The notes beneath the pieces are model-generated. The model had not been told where the DNA came from and did no database searches. It saw only the letters and a list, made by a program, of their open reading frames with translations. From positions 209,684,001 through 209,748,000 of the forward strand of contig OX597815.1 of the NCBI GenBank assembly GCA_951406725.2: DNA of 64,000 bases, written 5' to 3'. Of the stretch, positions 1-12,505 are shown one piece after another (positions within the stretch are counted from its first letter, which is position 1; every line of letters starts with the position of its first letter). The stretch comes from Octopus vulgaris (lineage: Eukaryota). Made by a program: the position numbers and the translations under genes.

Positions 1-1244
1 CTTAATGGCATTATAACTCTCTCCACGGAGAAAAGTAACACACTGGGACCTATTATATTACACTAAGACAGTATACAGAGATTAGCATTGGTGCACGTGG
101 ACCCGTGGGGCCCAATGTATCTTCATAGTATAATTATAACTTAGGATGGCATAAACCACTTCGATGTAACTACTTCCTGTAACACACACTGGATTAGATC
201 AAGCCATTACCCAAGCAAGTACGTCTCTGCAATTAGAATATATTTTCTGTATGATCATCATTATTTCTTCAAGAAACGTATTTATGAATGCATATGTGTG
301 CAAACGTGCTTTTATATACATTTGTATAAGTTGTGTAGTTTTAAATGTTTAAGCTTCTCTCTTCTGACATAAACAAATAAACAAATACAAATAATAATCA
401 TCTCCATTGAAATTATTCAAAAACTAAGAGTGTTTGCGTCAAGGTATTTCAAAATGTTGAAATAGTGATTCTCAAAGATTTTTCTTTGATTAGAATTCTT
501 TAAACAATCATTTTACCCGAGATCTTCAGAACAATTTTTACTGGCTAGACTGCATTTAGCTTTGTCAATAACTGAAGTAGGGCTTCTTTAAACTATAGAC
601 TGTTTTTATTGCCCTCTTGAGCTTCTATGCTTGGCTGCAGCGTGCTTCCGACCGTTTCCCCGCTTAGGCCTATCAAATATAATTAGTTTCTTTTTGCTGT
701 TCAGTTTAGCTTTGTTTTCCAAATGTTAGAAATTTTCGAATTAGGTTAGGGAAGAATAACAAACGAAACACCAAGAAAAAAAAGCAAAAACAAAACGAAA
801 CAGAAAATTAGAAAGAAACATCAATATATAAAAATTTAAAAACTAAAAATGAATAAAGCAAATGAATTGAAGAAGAATAAAATAATGGCATACAGAGAAA
901 CACAAAGCGAACCGACAATGACAACGAAAATAAATTCACTAAACAAAACAAACGCTTGTTGGATCTTAGACAGAAGAGAAGAGAAAGGAAAGGAGAGAAG
1001 TTAATGGTAATGGATATAAAGAATTTGCAGGGTTTCATTGCATGTTGAATGTCACGTGGAAGATTAAAGTGTGTACTGACAATCTGTACAAGATGGACAC
1101 TGTGTTTTTTGTTGTTGTCACATTAACTGATGTCTCCACTACGACGGACGGACAACTGTTCCCCCACCTCGTTCCGGCAATGCCCTCTTCACATACAGGC
1201 ATTTCAAACATCAGCAGAAACAGTAGCATCATCATCATCCCCGT

Positions 1245-1481
1245 CACCAGCACCAGCACCACCACCACCACCATCGCCACCACCATCGCAACCACCACCA
1301 CCACCATCGCCACCACCACCACCACCACCACCGCCACCACCACCACCACCACCACCACCACCACCACCACCACCACCACCACCACCACCACCACCACCAC
1401 CACCACCACCACCACCACCACCACCACCACCACCACCACCACCGCCACCACCGCCACCACCACCACCACCACCACCACCAC
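1245..1481. repeat. (ACC)n trinucleotide microsatellite
   Basis: Long near-perfect ACC run; source of the poly-T/P/V/W ORFs. Confidence 0.97.
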
Positions 1482-1529
1482 GATGAGGTTATCATCATTA
1501 CCTCACTCCAGGTTCGACCAATGTTGATA

Positions 1530-1762
1530 CTACCACTAGACTCCATCACTACTACTACTACCACCACTACTACTACCACTGCAACCACCACTACTACCAC
1601 CAGCACCACCACCACTACTACCACCACCACTACCACCACTACTACCACCACCACCACTACCACCACCACCACCACCACTACTACTACTACCACCACTACC
1701 ACACCACCACCACCACCACCACCACCACTACTACTACCACCACATACACCACCACCACCACC

Positions 1763-1812
<50 letters not shown>

Positions 1813-1845
1813 CACTACTGCTGCTGCCGCTGCCATCTCCACCAT
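1530..1845. repeat. Mixed (ACC)n/(ACT)n microsatellite
   Basis: Interspersed ACC and ACT triplets. Confidence 0.95.
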
Positions 1846-2473
1846 CACATCCAAATTCACTTTTTTAACAAATCACTGTATTGTGAGGCAATGGTAATCT
1901 TACTGTATTATCTTTGTATTATTATTACCCTCAACTAACATGTAAGCTGTTAGCAATAGTTGCCAAAATCTTCCTCAGACCAATTCCTAGCTTATTTGGA
2001 AGTACAGAATACATCGCCATAAGATGGCTTGGCTCTTGCTGGAATATCTTTAACCTTAGAGTTTACTCGATGAAGTAACAGCGACTACCACCACCTCCGT
2101 AATTACTACCCACCATTAATGCTTCCTCCATCACAACTGGGGAGTTCTTTGTAGTAGTTCGACTTGCTAGAAGTGGCAGGCAAATCTCCTTCAAATATAC
2201 CTTGCTGCCTGTAAAAAATGCAAGTTAAGGAAAACGATGGCATTGCTCATGGTTGGAGTACCTTTGATCGTGTGTCTGATAGTTCGGAGTTGATTTGATG
2301 TTACCACCACTACCACATACCACCACCACCACCACCACCATCTACTACTACCACGTAACGTTATCTCGATCACTGTTGCTGCAACCATTTCAATCACCAT
2401 TACTAGCAACGCACCTACGACTATGACTACTACTACACTACTACTACTACTACTACTACTACTACACTAGTTT

Positions 2474-2698
2474 GACAAGGCTGGCCCATTCAAATACAGG
2501 TACAACAGAAACAGGAAGAAAGAGTGAGAGAAAGCTGTGGTGAAAGAGTACAGCAGGGTTCACCAGCCCCTGTCGGAGATTCGTGGATCTTTAGGTTGTT
2601 TTCGCCCAATAAACACTCACAATGCCCGGTCTGGGAATCGAAACTGAGATCCTACGACCACGAGTCCACTGCTCTAACCACTGGGTCATTGTGTCTCC
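2474..2698 (-). mobile_element. tRNA-derived SINE, family B
   Basis: Reverse complement has tRNA-like head (CCCAGTGGTTAG...TTCGATTCCC); body matches copies at 24973, 37993 and 52962. Confidence 0.85.
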
Positions 2699-3433
2699 AC
2701 GTCTTACTAAGTACTGTTCGTATAAATTACCTTACCATTTGGTAACTTTTACTGGTAGGAAAAGTAGTTAAAATTTCTCCAAAACACACGTCATTGTCAT
2801 AGAAAAACGCATATTGAGTAATAACGGGATGGTCACGGTTGGAAAAGCTTTGATTATAAATCTACTCGTCCACAATAGAGCCGGAGTTAAACAGCTGCAA
2901 CAGAAAAAATTATTCACTGCCTCTAACGTGAGCATCAAACTTATGACGGCCAAAACCACTATGACCAAAACGAAAACCACATGCGCCAAAACTAAATAAT
3001 TTTTGCACAAGACCAGTAATTCATTGCTACTTTATTTTACCGACATCATAAAGACAAAAGGTAAAGTTGATCTCAGCAATGATTGCAGCAGCAATGATCG
3101 AGTTGGTGGTATGTTGGAGTAGATGTTGTTGTTATTGTTGTTAACGACAAATCAGCTCCGAACGATCGTAAAGTGTAGTAACAAACACCGCAAGGCATTG
3201 TGTTGTTGCCCGACGCTCACGCGATTCTTGTTATTCTCTACCATCTAATAGCATGATGATAAAACATCTCATCTATTTCATAGGTTACTCCTGTACCAAA
3301 GTAACCACTGTAACAAGTAGAAGAATAAGATAACCAATAAAAGAACTTTTGCTTAACCTACAAGAAATAGTAATTAAATTTCCTTTAATTCACAATAACC
3401 GCATAAGATAACGATAAAAATTTAAATTACGGA

Positions 3434-3718
3434 GATGTACTTGCATAGCAAGTGACCTGATCTGAGATCGTGTGCTGGAATGAAAACAATTGCGGTGTGG
3501 AAGGTGTTTATAAGTCATTTAAGAAACACTCAAAATCCGTTAGACTCACTTCAACAGTTAAATTTAATTTGTCAAAATATTTTCGTCGCTTTGAGACCGT
3601 GACCTGTTCACTGACAAAATTCCGATGCAGCATGGAATTTTGTCAGTGAACAGGTCGCGGTCTCAAAGCGACGAAAATATTTTGACAAATTACATTTAAA
3701 TGTTGAAGTGAATCTAAC
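3434..3718. mobile_element. Fold-back element with ~85-bp inverted arms; Penelope-like terminus candidate
   Basis: Arms 3539-3623 and 3634-3718 are near-perfect reverse complements; a decayed relative lies at 33552-33751. Confidence 0.7.
3639..3689 (+). ncRNA. Minimal type I hammerhead ribozyme-like fold, G3-C8 core variant
   Basis: tttgtca-GTGAACA-g-GTCGC(ggtctcaaa)GCGAC-GAA-AATATT-T-tgacaaa: 7-bp stem I, 5-bp stem II, palindromic stem III. Confidence 0.6.
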
Positions 3719-4320
3719 AATAATTAGAAATAAACGCAAAAATGTTCTAGATGTATTATGTCTGAAAGTACATGGTTTTTGTCATGTTGGTAACATCTTT
3801 GTTACGGGTCTACCGTTTGTGGGCTAAACCATGCCTTAAAACAACAATAAACTCTGATTCTATCTGTTAGAAACAACTTCAACATTTCTCTCGAGTCACA
3901 CATTTCATTTAAAATAAACTAGAGGAGGATTACATAATGTAATCCTAGATATACCAAATCTGAAATATATATATATGGCTAACTCATCAATACAATGTCT
4001 TTTGACTGCAAAGCCAGTAGCCAAACAGCGACAATAATACTTTGATTTAGCATTAACAAATAGAAAGCAAATCTCTTTCGATTCTCACTACTCCGTTTAG
4101 ATATATAAAAGACATTATATTAAATAATGTATTCCAAGATATTATATGTCTGGTAAATACATGGGTTGCTCATTGCTACAACGTATTTCACCAGGAGCCA
4201 ACTTTTGAGAGATAAACTGGGGCTAAACAAGAAACACGAACGTCGATGCAACATCGGTAACAGATTGCACACCAAAGCTGCAGGTATTGACAGAGCTCTT
4301 TCCACTTCACTTCCAAATTT

Positions 4321-5125
4321 GGTTTGCCCAAGCGTTCGTTTCTGCGCTTCGCTCCCTTCTTTTTATATATTAATGATGTACTTCACGTCACAATCAACAA
4401 CCTGTAATCTTACGCAGATAGCACAACTATCATTTCGCCTTAACATTCCCTAACAATGCATCATCCACACGCAATCTAGACACTGCACGCCAAACCTGCA
4501 TTAATTTCAGAAATGTAGAGAGAGACCTTCAGAACATTCTCCAGTGGAGTCATACCAACCTTGTTTCTTTTAACAACAAATAAATAAATAAACACCCTCA
4601 AATGCTCCTCATATCATGAAAACGCCACCGCATTACAGCCATTCTAAACATGAACGACAAACAGCAAAAGTCTAAGGGTCGCTGAAAATGATGGGTTAAC
4701 TTCTCGTGAAAGTAGATCCTTATTATAGCTAACAAGGCACCAATACTACCACTGCTATTTAGAGTTGGAAGAATTTCATTTTTCACAATTGGGACGATGC
4801 CGTTACTGCTCCAAATGACTTTCCAGATCCTAGCCAGAGAATGGCTACTCAACTGAGTAGCACTCGATCACTAATGGATACATTCCTGCCTCTGACTCAC
4901 AGGCATGCTGTATCCGCTCTCTTTGTCTTTCCCATCGCTAAAAGAACGGACTTAAAGTGGAATGGTCGGTGACATGTTTATGAAGATTACATTTTCACTC
5001 CTTCATAAACATGTCACAGATAGTTCCATTTTACTTCCTTCATAAATATGTTGCAGATCATTCCATTTTAACTTCTTCAATTATAACGGACTCAGATCCT
5101 CGAAGCTGGTTAGTCTCCTGCCACT
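4321..5125 (+). mobile_element. Decayed LINE reverse transcriptase fragment (CR1/L2/Jockey-like)
   Basis: GLPKRSFLRFAPFFLYINDV...SYADSTT resembles GVPQGS..LF.LYINDL..YADD; also RDLQNILQWSHTNLVSFN and LPLTHRHAVSAL; stops and frameshifts present. Confidence 0.75.
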
Positions 5126-5334
5126 AGTACTGACCCACCAGGAGTAAGGGTGGAATTCAAAGAAATGCCACCAGTAGTGGATTTAATAGAAATTGAACCA
5201 TTGATGAAGTACTACTAAAAAGAAAATAAGTATGTTTAATTGACAGGAAAAAAAGAAAAGAAAAAAGAAAAAAAGAAAGAGCCAGGTGTTTTATGTTATG
5301 TTTCTTTAAAAAAAAATATTGAAAAATAGAAGAA

Positions 5335-5601
5335 CTAATTGTAGATAATGTATATAACGGTTCAAATCCTTGCAATGGTATGTAACATGATAATTAATTG
5401 TTAAGTAAATACAAGATAAAAATGGACTGAAAAAAGGATTAATGGTTCTGCATGTGATGAGGGGCGCATGCAGCCATTCATAACCTCATTGTTATATGAT
5501 CATCTCATTCATATTCGTTTTATGTATTGTCCTCTCTGTGGTGTCCTGTCTGTCCTTGTTTGTCCCCCGCTATTTTGGGCCCTTGTGGCTAATAAAGAAA
5601 C
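5335..5601 (+). mobile_element. Probable LINE 3' end sharing its tail with SINE family A
   Basis: Ends tgtctgtccttgtttgtcccc...ccttgtggctaataaagaaa like SINE-A tail i but has no SINE head; 5' boundary approximate; inverted partial copy at 6418-6480. Confidence 0.55.
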
Positions 5602-6183
5602 ATAGTTTCCTGCCTCTACCACTCAGGTAAACTGTCTCACTCCTCTTTCCGTCTCACGGCATCCTTGATGCATCCAACCTCTCACTTTTTCATTACTTAT
5701 CATTTTGCCCAATCCTTCACCGACATGATATCGACCCGTTATGTTTCCTGTAGGTGTGTACCTACAAAGAACATCAATGATATCGGTGTTACCAGTTTCG
5801 GAGGGTCTGCAAAGGTCATGAGTTTTGCGCCTCCGTCCAGACTCAGAAATTAGACAAAACAACAGCAACCATAGTAACAACAACAATAACAGCAGCAATG
5901 TAAAGCAACAAGTGAAACCTTGCACAGTTTAGAAAATACGACATATCACCCCAGTTCTTCACATTACACTGCGTACGATTAACAAGCACATATAATTCTG
6001 CACTCAGGGACAGACAGGATACATTTGTATGCAGTGTTCTGTGTGTGTGATCAAGTGCATGTGCATTTATGTGAATGAGTACGTTTGTATATGTGTGCCT
6101 AAACACACACACACACACACACATATACATAGACACACAAACACATGCGTGGGCGCACACACGCATATATATGTATATATATA

Positions 6184-6417
6184 TCATCATCATCGTTTAG
6201 CGTCCGCTTTCCATGCTAGCATGGGTTGGATGGTTCAACTGGGGTCTGGGAAGCCAGAAGGCTGCACCAGGCTCCGGTCTTATCTGGCAATGTTTCTACG
6301 GCTGGATGCCCTTCCTAACGCCAACCACTCCGTGAGTGTAGTGGGTGCTTTTTACGTGCCACCGGCACAGGTGCCAGACGAATCTGGCAACGGCCACGAA
6401 CGGATGGTGCTTTTTAC
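6184..6417 (-). mobile_element. Retroposon 3' portion (SINE/LINE tail ending in (ATG)n)
   Basis: Reverse complement contains GTTGGCGTTAGGAAGGGCATCCAGCCGTAG and ends ...GCATGGAAAGCGGACGCTAAACGATGATGATG. Confidence 0.7.
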
Positions 6418-6539
6418 GAGGGGGACAAACAAGGACAGACAGGACACCACAGAGAGGACAATACATAAAACGAATATGAATATATATATATTTATACGTT
6501 AAATTAATAAATACATATATATTATAATTTTCATATTAA

Positions 6540-6875
6540 GGGAGCAAGGGCGAAAACAAAACGACCTATCTCCAACATGCTTGAATGCCGAGGCATTTAG
6601 ATACTACTGTAAAACTCCAAAAATATACTTCGATTGTAGGCGAGCGAGTGAACAAAACATTAAAAAGACTTCACGTTGATTGCGAAATGAGTTCAATTCT
6701 AGATTAAAGCCGTAAAACAGCTTTTTTCCTTCATTAATACAAAACCTGTCTCCAATATGCTTGAACGACGACTTATTCAGATACTACCGAAGAACTCCAA
6801 AAACTATACACGGATTGTATGACTGCCTCGGCATTCAAGCATTTTGGAGATAGGTCGTTTTTCGCCATTGCTCCC
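6540..6875. mobile_element. MITE with ~55-bp TIRs flanked by TTAA (Kolobok-like termini)
   Basis: TIRs 6540-6595 and 6824-6875 (GGGAGCAA...TTGCTCCC); TTAA at 6536-6539 and 6876-6879; internal direct copy of the subterminal sequence near 6745-6820. Confidence 0.8.
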
Positions 6876-7874
6876 TTAATATAATTATATACACATATAT
6901 ATATAATTATCAATGTAATGGATATATTACCTATAAATTTTTATTTTGTGCCGACTACCTGATAAAAATCATTAACATGAATTTATCCTTATATTCTAGC
7001 ATAAATTGATAAATAAAATAAAATTAATGAATAAAATAAAATAAAACAATATTATTATTTTTACTCCTGATCGGAAAAGCATCTGAATATCTTTTAAGTA
7101 GCAACATCGAATTATAAAGACAAAATAAAAAGAAACATAATAGAAAAGGTAGCTTGAGGATGGTCATAGCTTGAACATTTTTGATAGAACATCAGCTCTA
7201 TCAGGGATAACCTGGGGCGAAAAATGGCATTGACTCTACCATAATGACAAGAACATACCCTTATATTCATTACATATATGAGTGTAGATATATGTACTTG
7301 TATTTGTGTGTGTGAGTGTATCATAGACGTGTCTTCTGGGTAAGCAATGTAGGCAATGCCTGTCCTTCTGATGAAAAGTAAACATTTTAATTACAAAATC
7401 CCACTCCACAAAGAAACAATTTTTAATAGTTTTATGAAAATGCTAATCTGTTGTGGGAACTTCAATGTATTATTCAGTAAATGTCAGCCTTTTCCATTTT
7501 TATACGGACACAATATCCGTCGCTTTTCAAGAGCGTTGTTTAAATAAACATCGCATAAAGCTAAGAGTTTAGCTCTAGAACACAAAATTGATTGAAAACT
7601 TATTGAAAATGTAGGAACATAATTTAAAGTGTTTGCACTACGAGGTGAATTCAAGATGTGTGGAGGTTTTTCAGGAGGGACATTTATCAATTTCAAAGAA
7701 GTACATAATTCTAATCTGACTTCAATGCGCTTGTTGTAGTACTCAAAGTACATCATGAATACCCCATGGAAGTCCTCCAGATTGAACATATACTTGACTC
7801 TTGTCAAAACCTCCTTCATTTTCTCAATATCTTCAAAGCAACTGTCTTAGGGTATAACTAAATTTCACAGGGAG

Positions 7875-7985
7875 CAACGGCAGATATGACGTCATCGTCA
7901 CAGCAATACTGGTTCTCAGCAAAGAGATTTTTCATGTTGGAGAACACATGATAGTCAGATGGGGTCAAATCAGGAGAATTCATAT
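7875..7985 (-). mobile_element. Mariner transposase C-terminal fragment
   Basis: Translates NSPDLTPSDYHVFSNMK...DDDVISAV, matching the YSPDLAPSD motif. Confidence 0.75.
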
Positions 7986-8004
7986 TCAGTTAATATTAAG
8001 AAGT

Positions 8005-8505
8005 GGAGGCGCGCGGCTTAGAGGTTAGGGTGTCAGCATCGTGATCGTAAGATTGTGGTTTCGAAAGGCGGAGAGCTGGCAGAAACGTTAGGACGCCGGG
8101 CGAACTGCTTATCAGATTATCGTCTGTCTTTACGTTCTGAGTTTAAATTTCGCCGAGGTCAACTTTGCCTTTCATCCTTTCGGGGTTGATAAACTAAGTA
8201 CTAGTTACGCACTGGGGTTGATGTAATCGACGTAATTCCTTTGTCTGTCCTTGTTTGTCTCCTCTATGTTTAGCCCCTCATGGGCAATAAAGAAATAAGA
8301 TTGTGGTTTCGATTCCTGGACCGGGCGACGCGTTGTGTTCTTGAGCAAAACACTTCATTTCACGTAACGCTGCGATGAGTAACGCTGAGTAACGATGAGT
8401 AACGCTGCAATGGACTGGCGTCCGGTCCAGCTGGGGAACACATACGCCATTGAAACCAGGAAACCGGGCCCATGAGCCTGGCTAGGCTTTAAAAGGGCGC
8501 ATTTG
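8005..8505 (+). mobile_element. SINE family B interrupted by a SINE-A insertion
   Basis: tRNA head 8005-8064 resumes after 8312; CORE-like ttgagcaaaacacttcatttcac; 3' part gactggcgtcc...ggctttaaaagggcgc. Confidence 0.85.
8065..8295 (+). mobile_element. SINE family A (tail i), nested
   Basis: Full head and body; 17-bp TSD taagattgtggtttcga at 8048-8064 and 8296-8312. Confidence 0.92.
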
Positions 8506-8628
8506 TTTTTTTATTTTAATATTAAGAAACAATAATTCTAAGAGGCATGTGTAAGTATAAAATAGTAATAATTATACAAATGACTACAAACACATACATA
8601 AATACATACACACATGTATACATACCTG

Positions 8629-8739
<111 letters not shown>

Positions 8740-10225
8740 CATGAGTGGCAGTTTCTTAGTGTGGCACACCATCAAGTGGCTATGTAACTCTGTGTATGAA
8801 GATAAAGGGCTTTATTTTCGTGACTGCGCTTAGTGTTTTATTGTGAGAATTTGTCCGCACTATCTGATCCCATTCTTTAGATAGGATGTGTGGCCACTCC
8901 GGGTAAACAGGTTAAATAGATAGATAAACTGATAAAAAGATAAGATACCTACATGCATATATGCATAAATTTATCATCCATTCCAGTATATGTCTATATA
9001 TACGTATAACTGAAATAAATTGGTTGTATTTGCGATTGAAACAAATTCGCATAACTGGCAGCTAATCTATAACACAACAATGCTCGGCGCTGCTAATTAT
9101 TTATCCGATCTTACCAGTTTAATGAAATTTGCTCACCTTTCATATTAGCAAATGCTCCAGTCCCGACCAACTCTTTCGCCACGCTGCATTCTTTTGACTA
9201 CCGTCTCCATGAATATATATAATATGATTGGCATCTAGTTCTATTCCAGAAAAGTTTGAGAAGCTGAGCAACCATAGCAATTTATTCATTCACAAATTAA
9301 TATCTTAAATAATTAAATTATATATTTTTATACTTTATGAAAATTTATTTTTGCTTTTCAATTCCATTTGTATTATATTATTTTTTCATGTAATATATTT
9401 TCCTTCATATTACTTTTTTTATGTATCATATTTTCCTTCGTATTATTTTTATTGCAAACTGTATCCTTTTACAGCTTTACTTCACTAAACCATCTCTTGT
9501 GGCATACGATGCAATCTTACCTTCGTCAAAAAGAAGAAAAAAATAAATAAGAAAACAAGCTCACAACAACAAAAGACATGAACTATCAATAAGTATAACT
9601 CATATTACTTCGAATTACAGGACATAGCTTATTGGTACGAAGAAAACATTAAATTTCTTTTAATGGGGTTCATAAAATTGGAGGCAATGAGGAATACACA
9701 TCTCATTTTTTCCCCTCCTGACAATCTTTCCCTTTTCCCTTTATTACATTATTGATTTCTCAATCCGGCAGAAAACCACAAATTTATAGAGTAATGGGAA
9801 ACATGATATTGTCATAAAATGCCTTCAATTAGGACTAGAAACACAGTCGATGTCACTGGTAAGGGACTCAACTCTACCCTACGATATTATCTTCATTATT
9901 ACTATAACCTCCAATTTATCATCTTCAAGTTAGACTTGGTTGTCTTGACCTACGGCCAAAGACGTTCCAGCCATGATCATTACATTATTTATTCAGACAG
10001 TCAATGTAGGATCACACTATCCAAGAGTCAGTCTAATCTCTTTGAAGACAATAGGGTTTTATATAAACAAGTATTTGGCTGCTATTTCAAATATGAAAAT
10101 CATCTAGACACGGGCTTCTCCATAGAAGGACGTTATATTAATTATACCCTTTTCCTGATATATACCAGTGAACCTAAGTCAGAAACTCTTATTTATATTA
10201 TTATCACTGTCATTTGACGTTTCGG

Positions 10226-10448
10226 AAGGTGGAGAGCTGGCATGGTCGTTACCACGCCCAATAAAATGCTTAGCGGCATTTCGTCCGTCTCTACGGCCTG
10301 AGTTCAATTTCCGCTTAGGTCGACTTTGCCTTTCATCCTTTCGGGGTCGATAAATATAAGTACCAGTTGAGCACAGGGGTTGATGTAATCGATTTAACCC
10401 ACTCCCTTGAAATTGTTGGCCTTCTGCCAAAATTTGAAACCATTATTA
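10226..10448 (+). mobile_element. SINE family A (tail ii-like)
   Basis: Central gtcgactttgcctttcatcctttcggggtcgataaa plus head. Confidence 0.85.
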
Positions 10449-10505
10449 GATGTTCGGATAAAAATATCCTACACATTCATGCGCTGACATAAATGCGCAT
10501 TTATT

Positions 10506-10525
10506 CACACACACCAACACACACG

Positions 10526-10615
<90 letters not shown>

Positions 10616-10622
10616 CACACAC
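10506..10622. repeat. (CA)n microsatellite
   Basis: Direct. Confidence 0.97.
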
Positions 10623-11297
10623 TTTTTTCTATTTAACTCACGGGAGAAATAGAATAAGAACCAGTCTTGTTCCGGTATTAATGTAAATCCTGTATATATA
10701 ACACTGCGCCGATTGAATTGGCAAACAAGTGATGATTTAAGTAACTTTAAGTGCATAGCTTCGTATCCCCTGGTTCGTGTAGATGCACTAATCTTTGAAC
10801 TTATGTAGTAACCATATAACCACATCAGAATACACACAACATATCAGCACTTCATTTAATGTTCTGCATATATATTTCCTAGTTTAATAAATTATTCTTT
10901 AGAGTACTTAATTTAAGTAAATGGGGATCATTGAGTTGCATATTAAGAGAACATTGACACATTTTATTGTGCTAATAATGGCAAGATACAAAGTTAAGCT
11001 TCCTCCAAAAGAGAATACAATTAACTGCAACGATTGCATTGCATATGTTGTCTTAATTCCCTGTGGTAAAAGGGCTCTTCAAATGAAATAAGCATCCAAG
11101 AACCGCACACTTAATTCCCGGTAAAATTGCTACACTTCGTTGCCTCTTATAACTTGTGATTTCTAAGTGGATATTCTTTAACTACCTGATACGTTTACCT
11201 ACTCTGAACATATTACACGAAGGCAGTCTTCTCATTCATCAATTCAACACTGACCTCAAAACTTGTAATTTTGATAGGTACGCTATTAGTCCTATGT

Positions 11298-12224
11298 AGC
11301 GGCGAGCTGGCAGAAACGTTAGCACACCGGGCGAAATGCTTAGTGATATTTCATCTGCCGTTACGTTCAGAGTTCAAATTCCGACGAAGTCGACTTTGCC
11401 TTTCATCCTTTCGGGGTCGATAAATTAAATACCAGTTACCCGCTGGAGTCGATGTAATCGACTTAATCCCCTTGTCTGTCCTTGTTTGTCCCCTCTATGT
11501 TTAGCCCCTTGTGGGCAATAAAGAAATAAGAATCGTTAGTACACTGGAAGGCGGCGAGCTAGCAGAACCGTTAGTATACAGGACGGAATGCTTAGCGGTA
11601 TTTCGCCCGTCGCTACGCTCTGAGTTCAAATTCCGCCGAGGTCGACTTTGCCTTTCATCCTTTCGGGGTCGATTAAATAAGTACCAGTAGAGTACTGGGG
11701 TCGATATAATCGACTTAACCCCTCCCCCAAATTTCAGGCCTTGTGCCTATAATAGAAATGATTATTATGATATGTCTATAAGGCGGCGAGCTGGTAGAAC
11801 CGTTAGCATACAGGACAGAATGCTTGGCGGTATTTCGCCTGACGCTACGTTCTGAGTTCTAATTCCGCCGAGGTCGACTTTGCCATTCATCCTTTCGGAG
11901 TCGATAAGTTAAGTAGCAGTAGAGTACAGGGGTCGATACAATCGACTTAACCACCCACCAAATTTCAGGCCTTGTGCCTATAGTAGAAAGGATTATTATG
12001 ATACCTCTATAAGGCGACGAGCTGGCACAATCGTTAGCGCGCAGGACGAAATGCTTAGCGGTATATCGCCTGTTACTACGTTCTGAGTTCAAATTCCGTG
12101 GAGGTCGACCTACATTTCATCCTTTCGGGGCCGATAAAATGAGTATCAGTTGAATACTGGGGTCGATGTACTCGACACATCCCCACCTCCCCTAAGCTAC
12201 TCTTGTGGCAAAAATTTGAAATAA
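11298..12224 (+). mobile_element. Head-to-tail array of four SINE-A copies
   Basis: Units start near 11298, 11548, 11780 and 12011; the last three are ~231 bp apart. Confidence 0.9.
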
Positions 12225-12337
12225 TCTGTATATTAATACGCTTGTATCGTCAGTGTTTGTCACGCTAAGGGAGATAAGTGAGGATTAAATTCGAGCTATT
12301 TCCCTTGGCTTTGTGAAAAGAAGAAAAATGGCGATGT

Positions 12338-12505
12338 ACTCTTTAGTCTTTTACTTGTTTCAGTCATTTGACTGTGGCCATGCTGGAGCACCGCCTTTAG
12401 TCGAGCAAATCGACCCCAGGACTTATTCTTTGTAATCCTAGTACTTATTCTATCGGTCTCTTTTGCCGAACCGCTATGTGACGGGGACGCTAAGTGACGG
12501 GGACA
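12338..12505 (-). mobile_element. SINE family C, 3' fragment
   Basis: ttttacttgtttcagtcatttgactgtggccatgctggagcaccgcc... matches other C copies. Confidence 0.88.

Noticed and set aside
1-232. Possible minus-strand exon after ttctaattgcag (RTCLGNG, sushi-like)
   Set aside because: All three frames stop within about 10 codons
1042-1868. Thr/Pro-rich mucin-like ORFs
   Set aside because: Open only because (ACC)n lacks stops; no signal peptide or recognisable domain
11298-12224. CRISPR-like periodicity
   Set aside because: Units are ~231-bp SINEs without unique spacers; eukaryotic context and no cas genes
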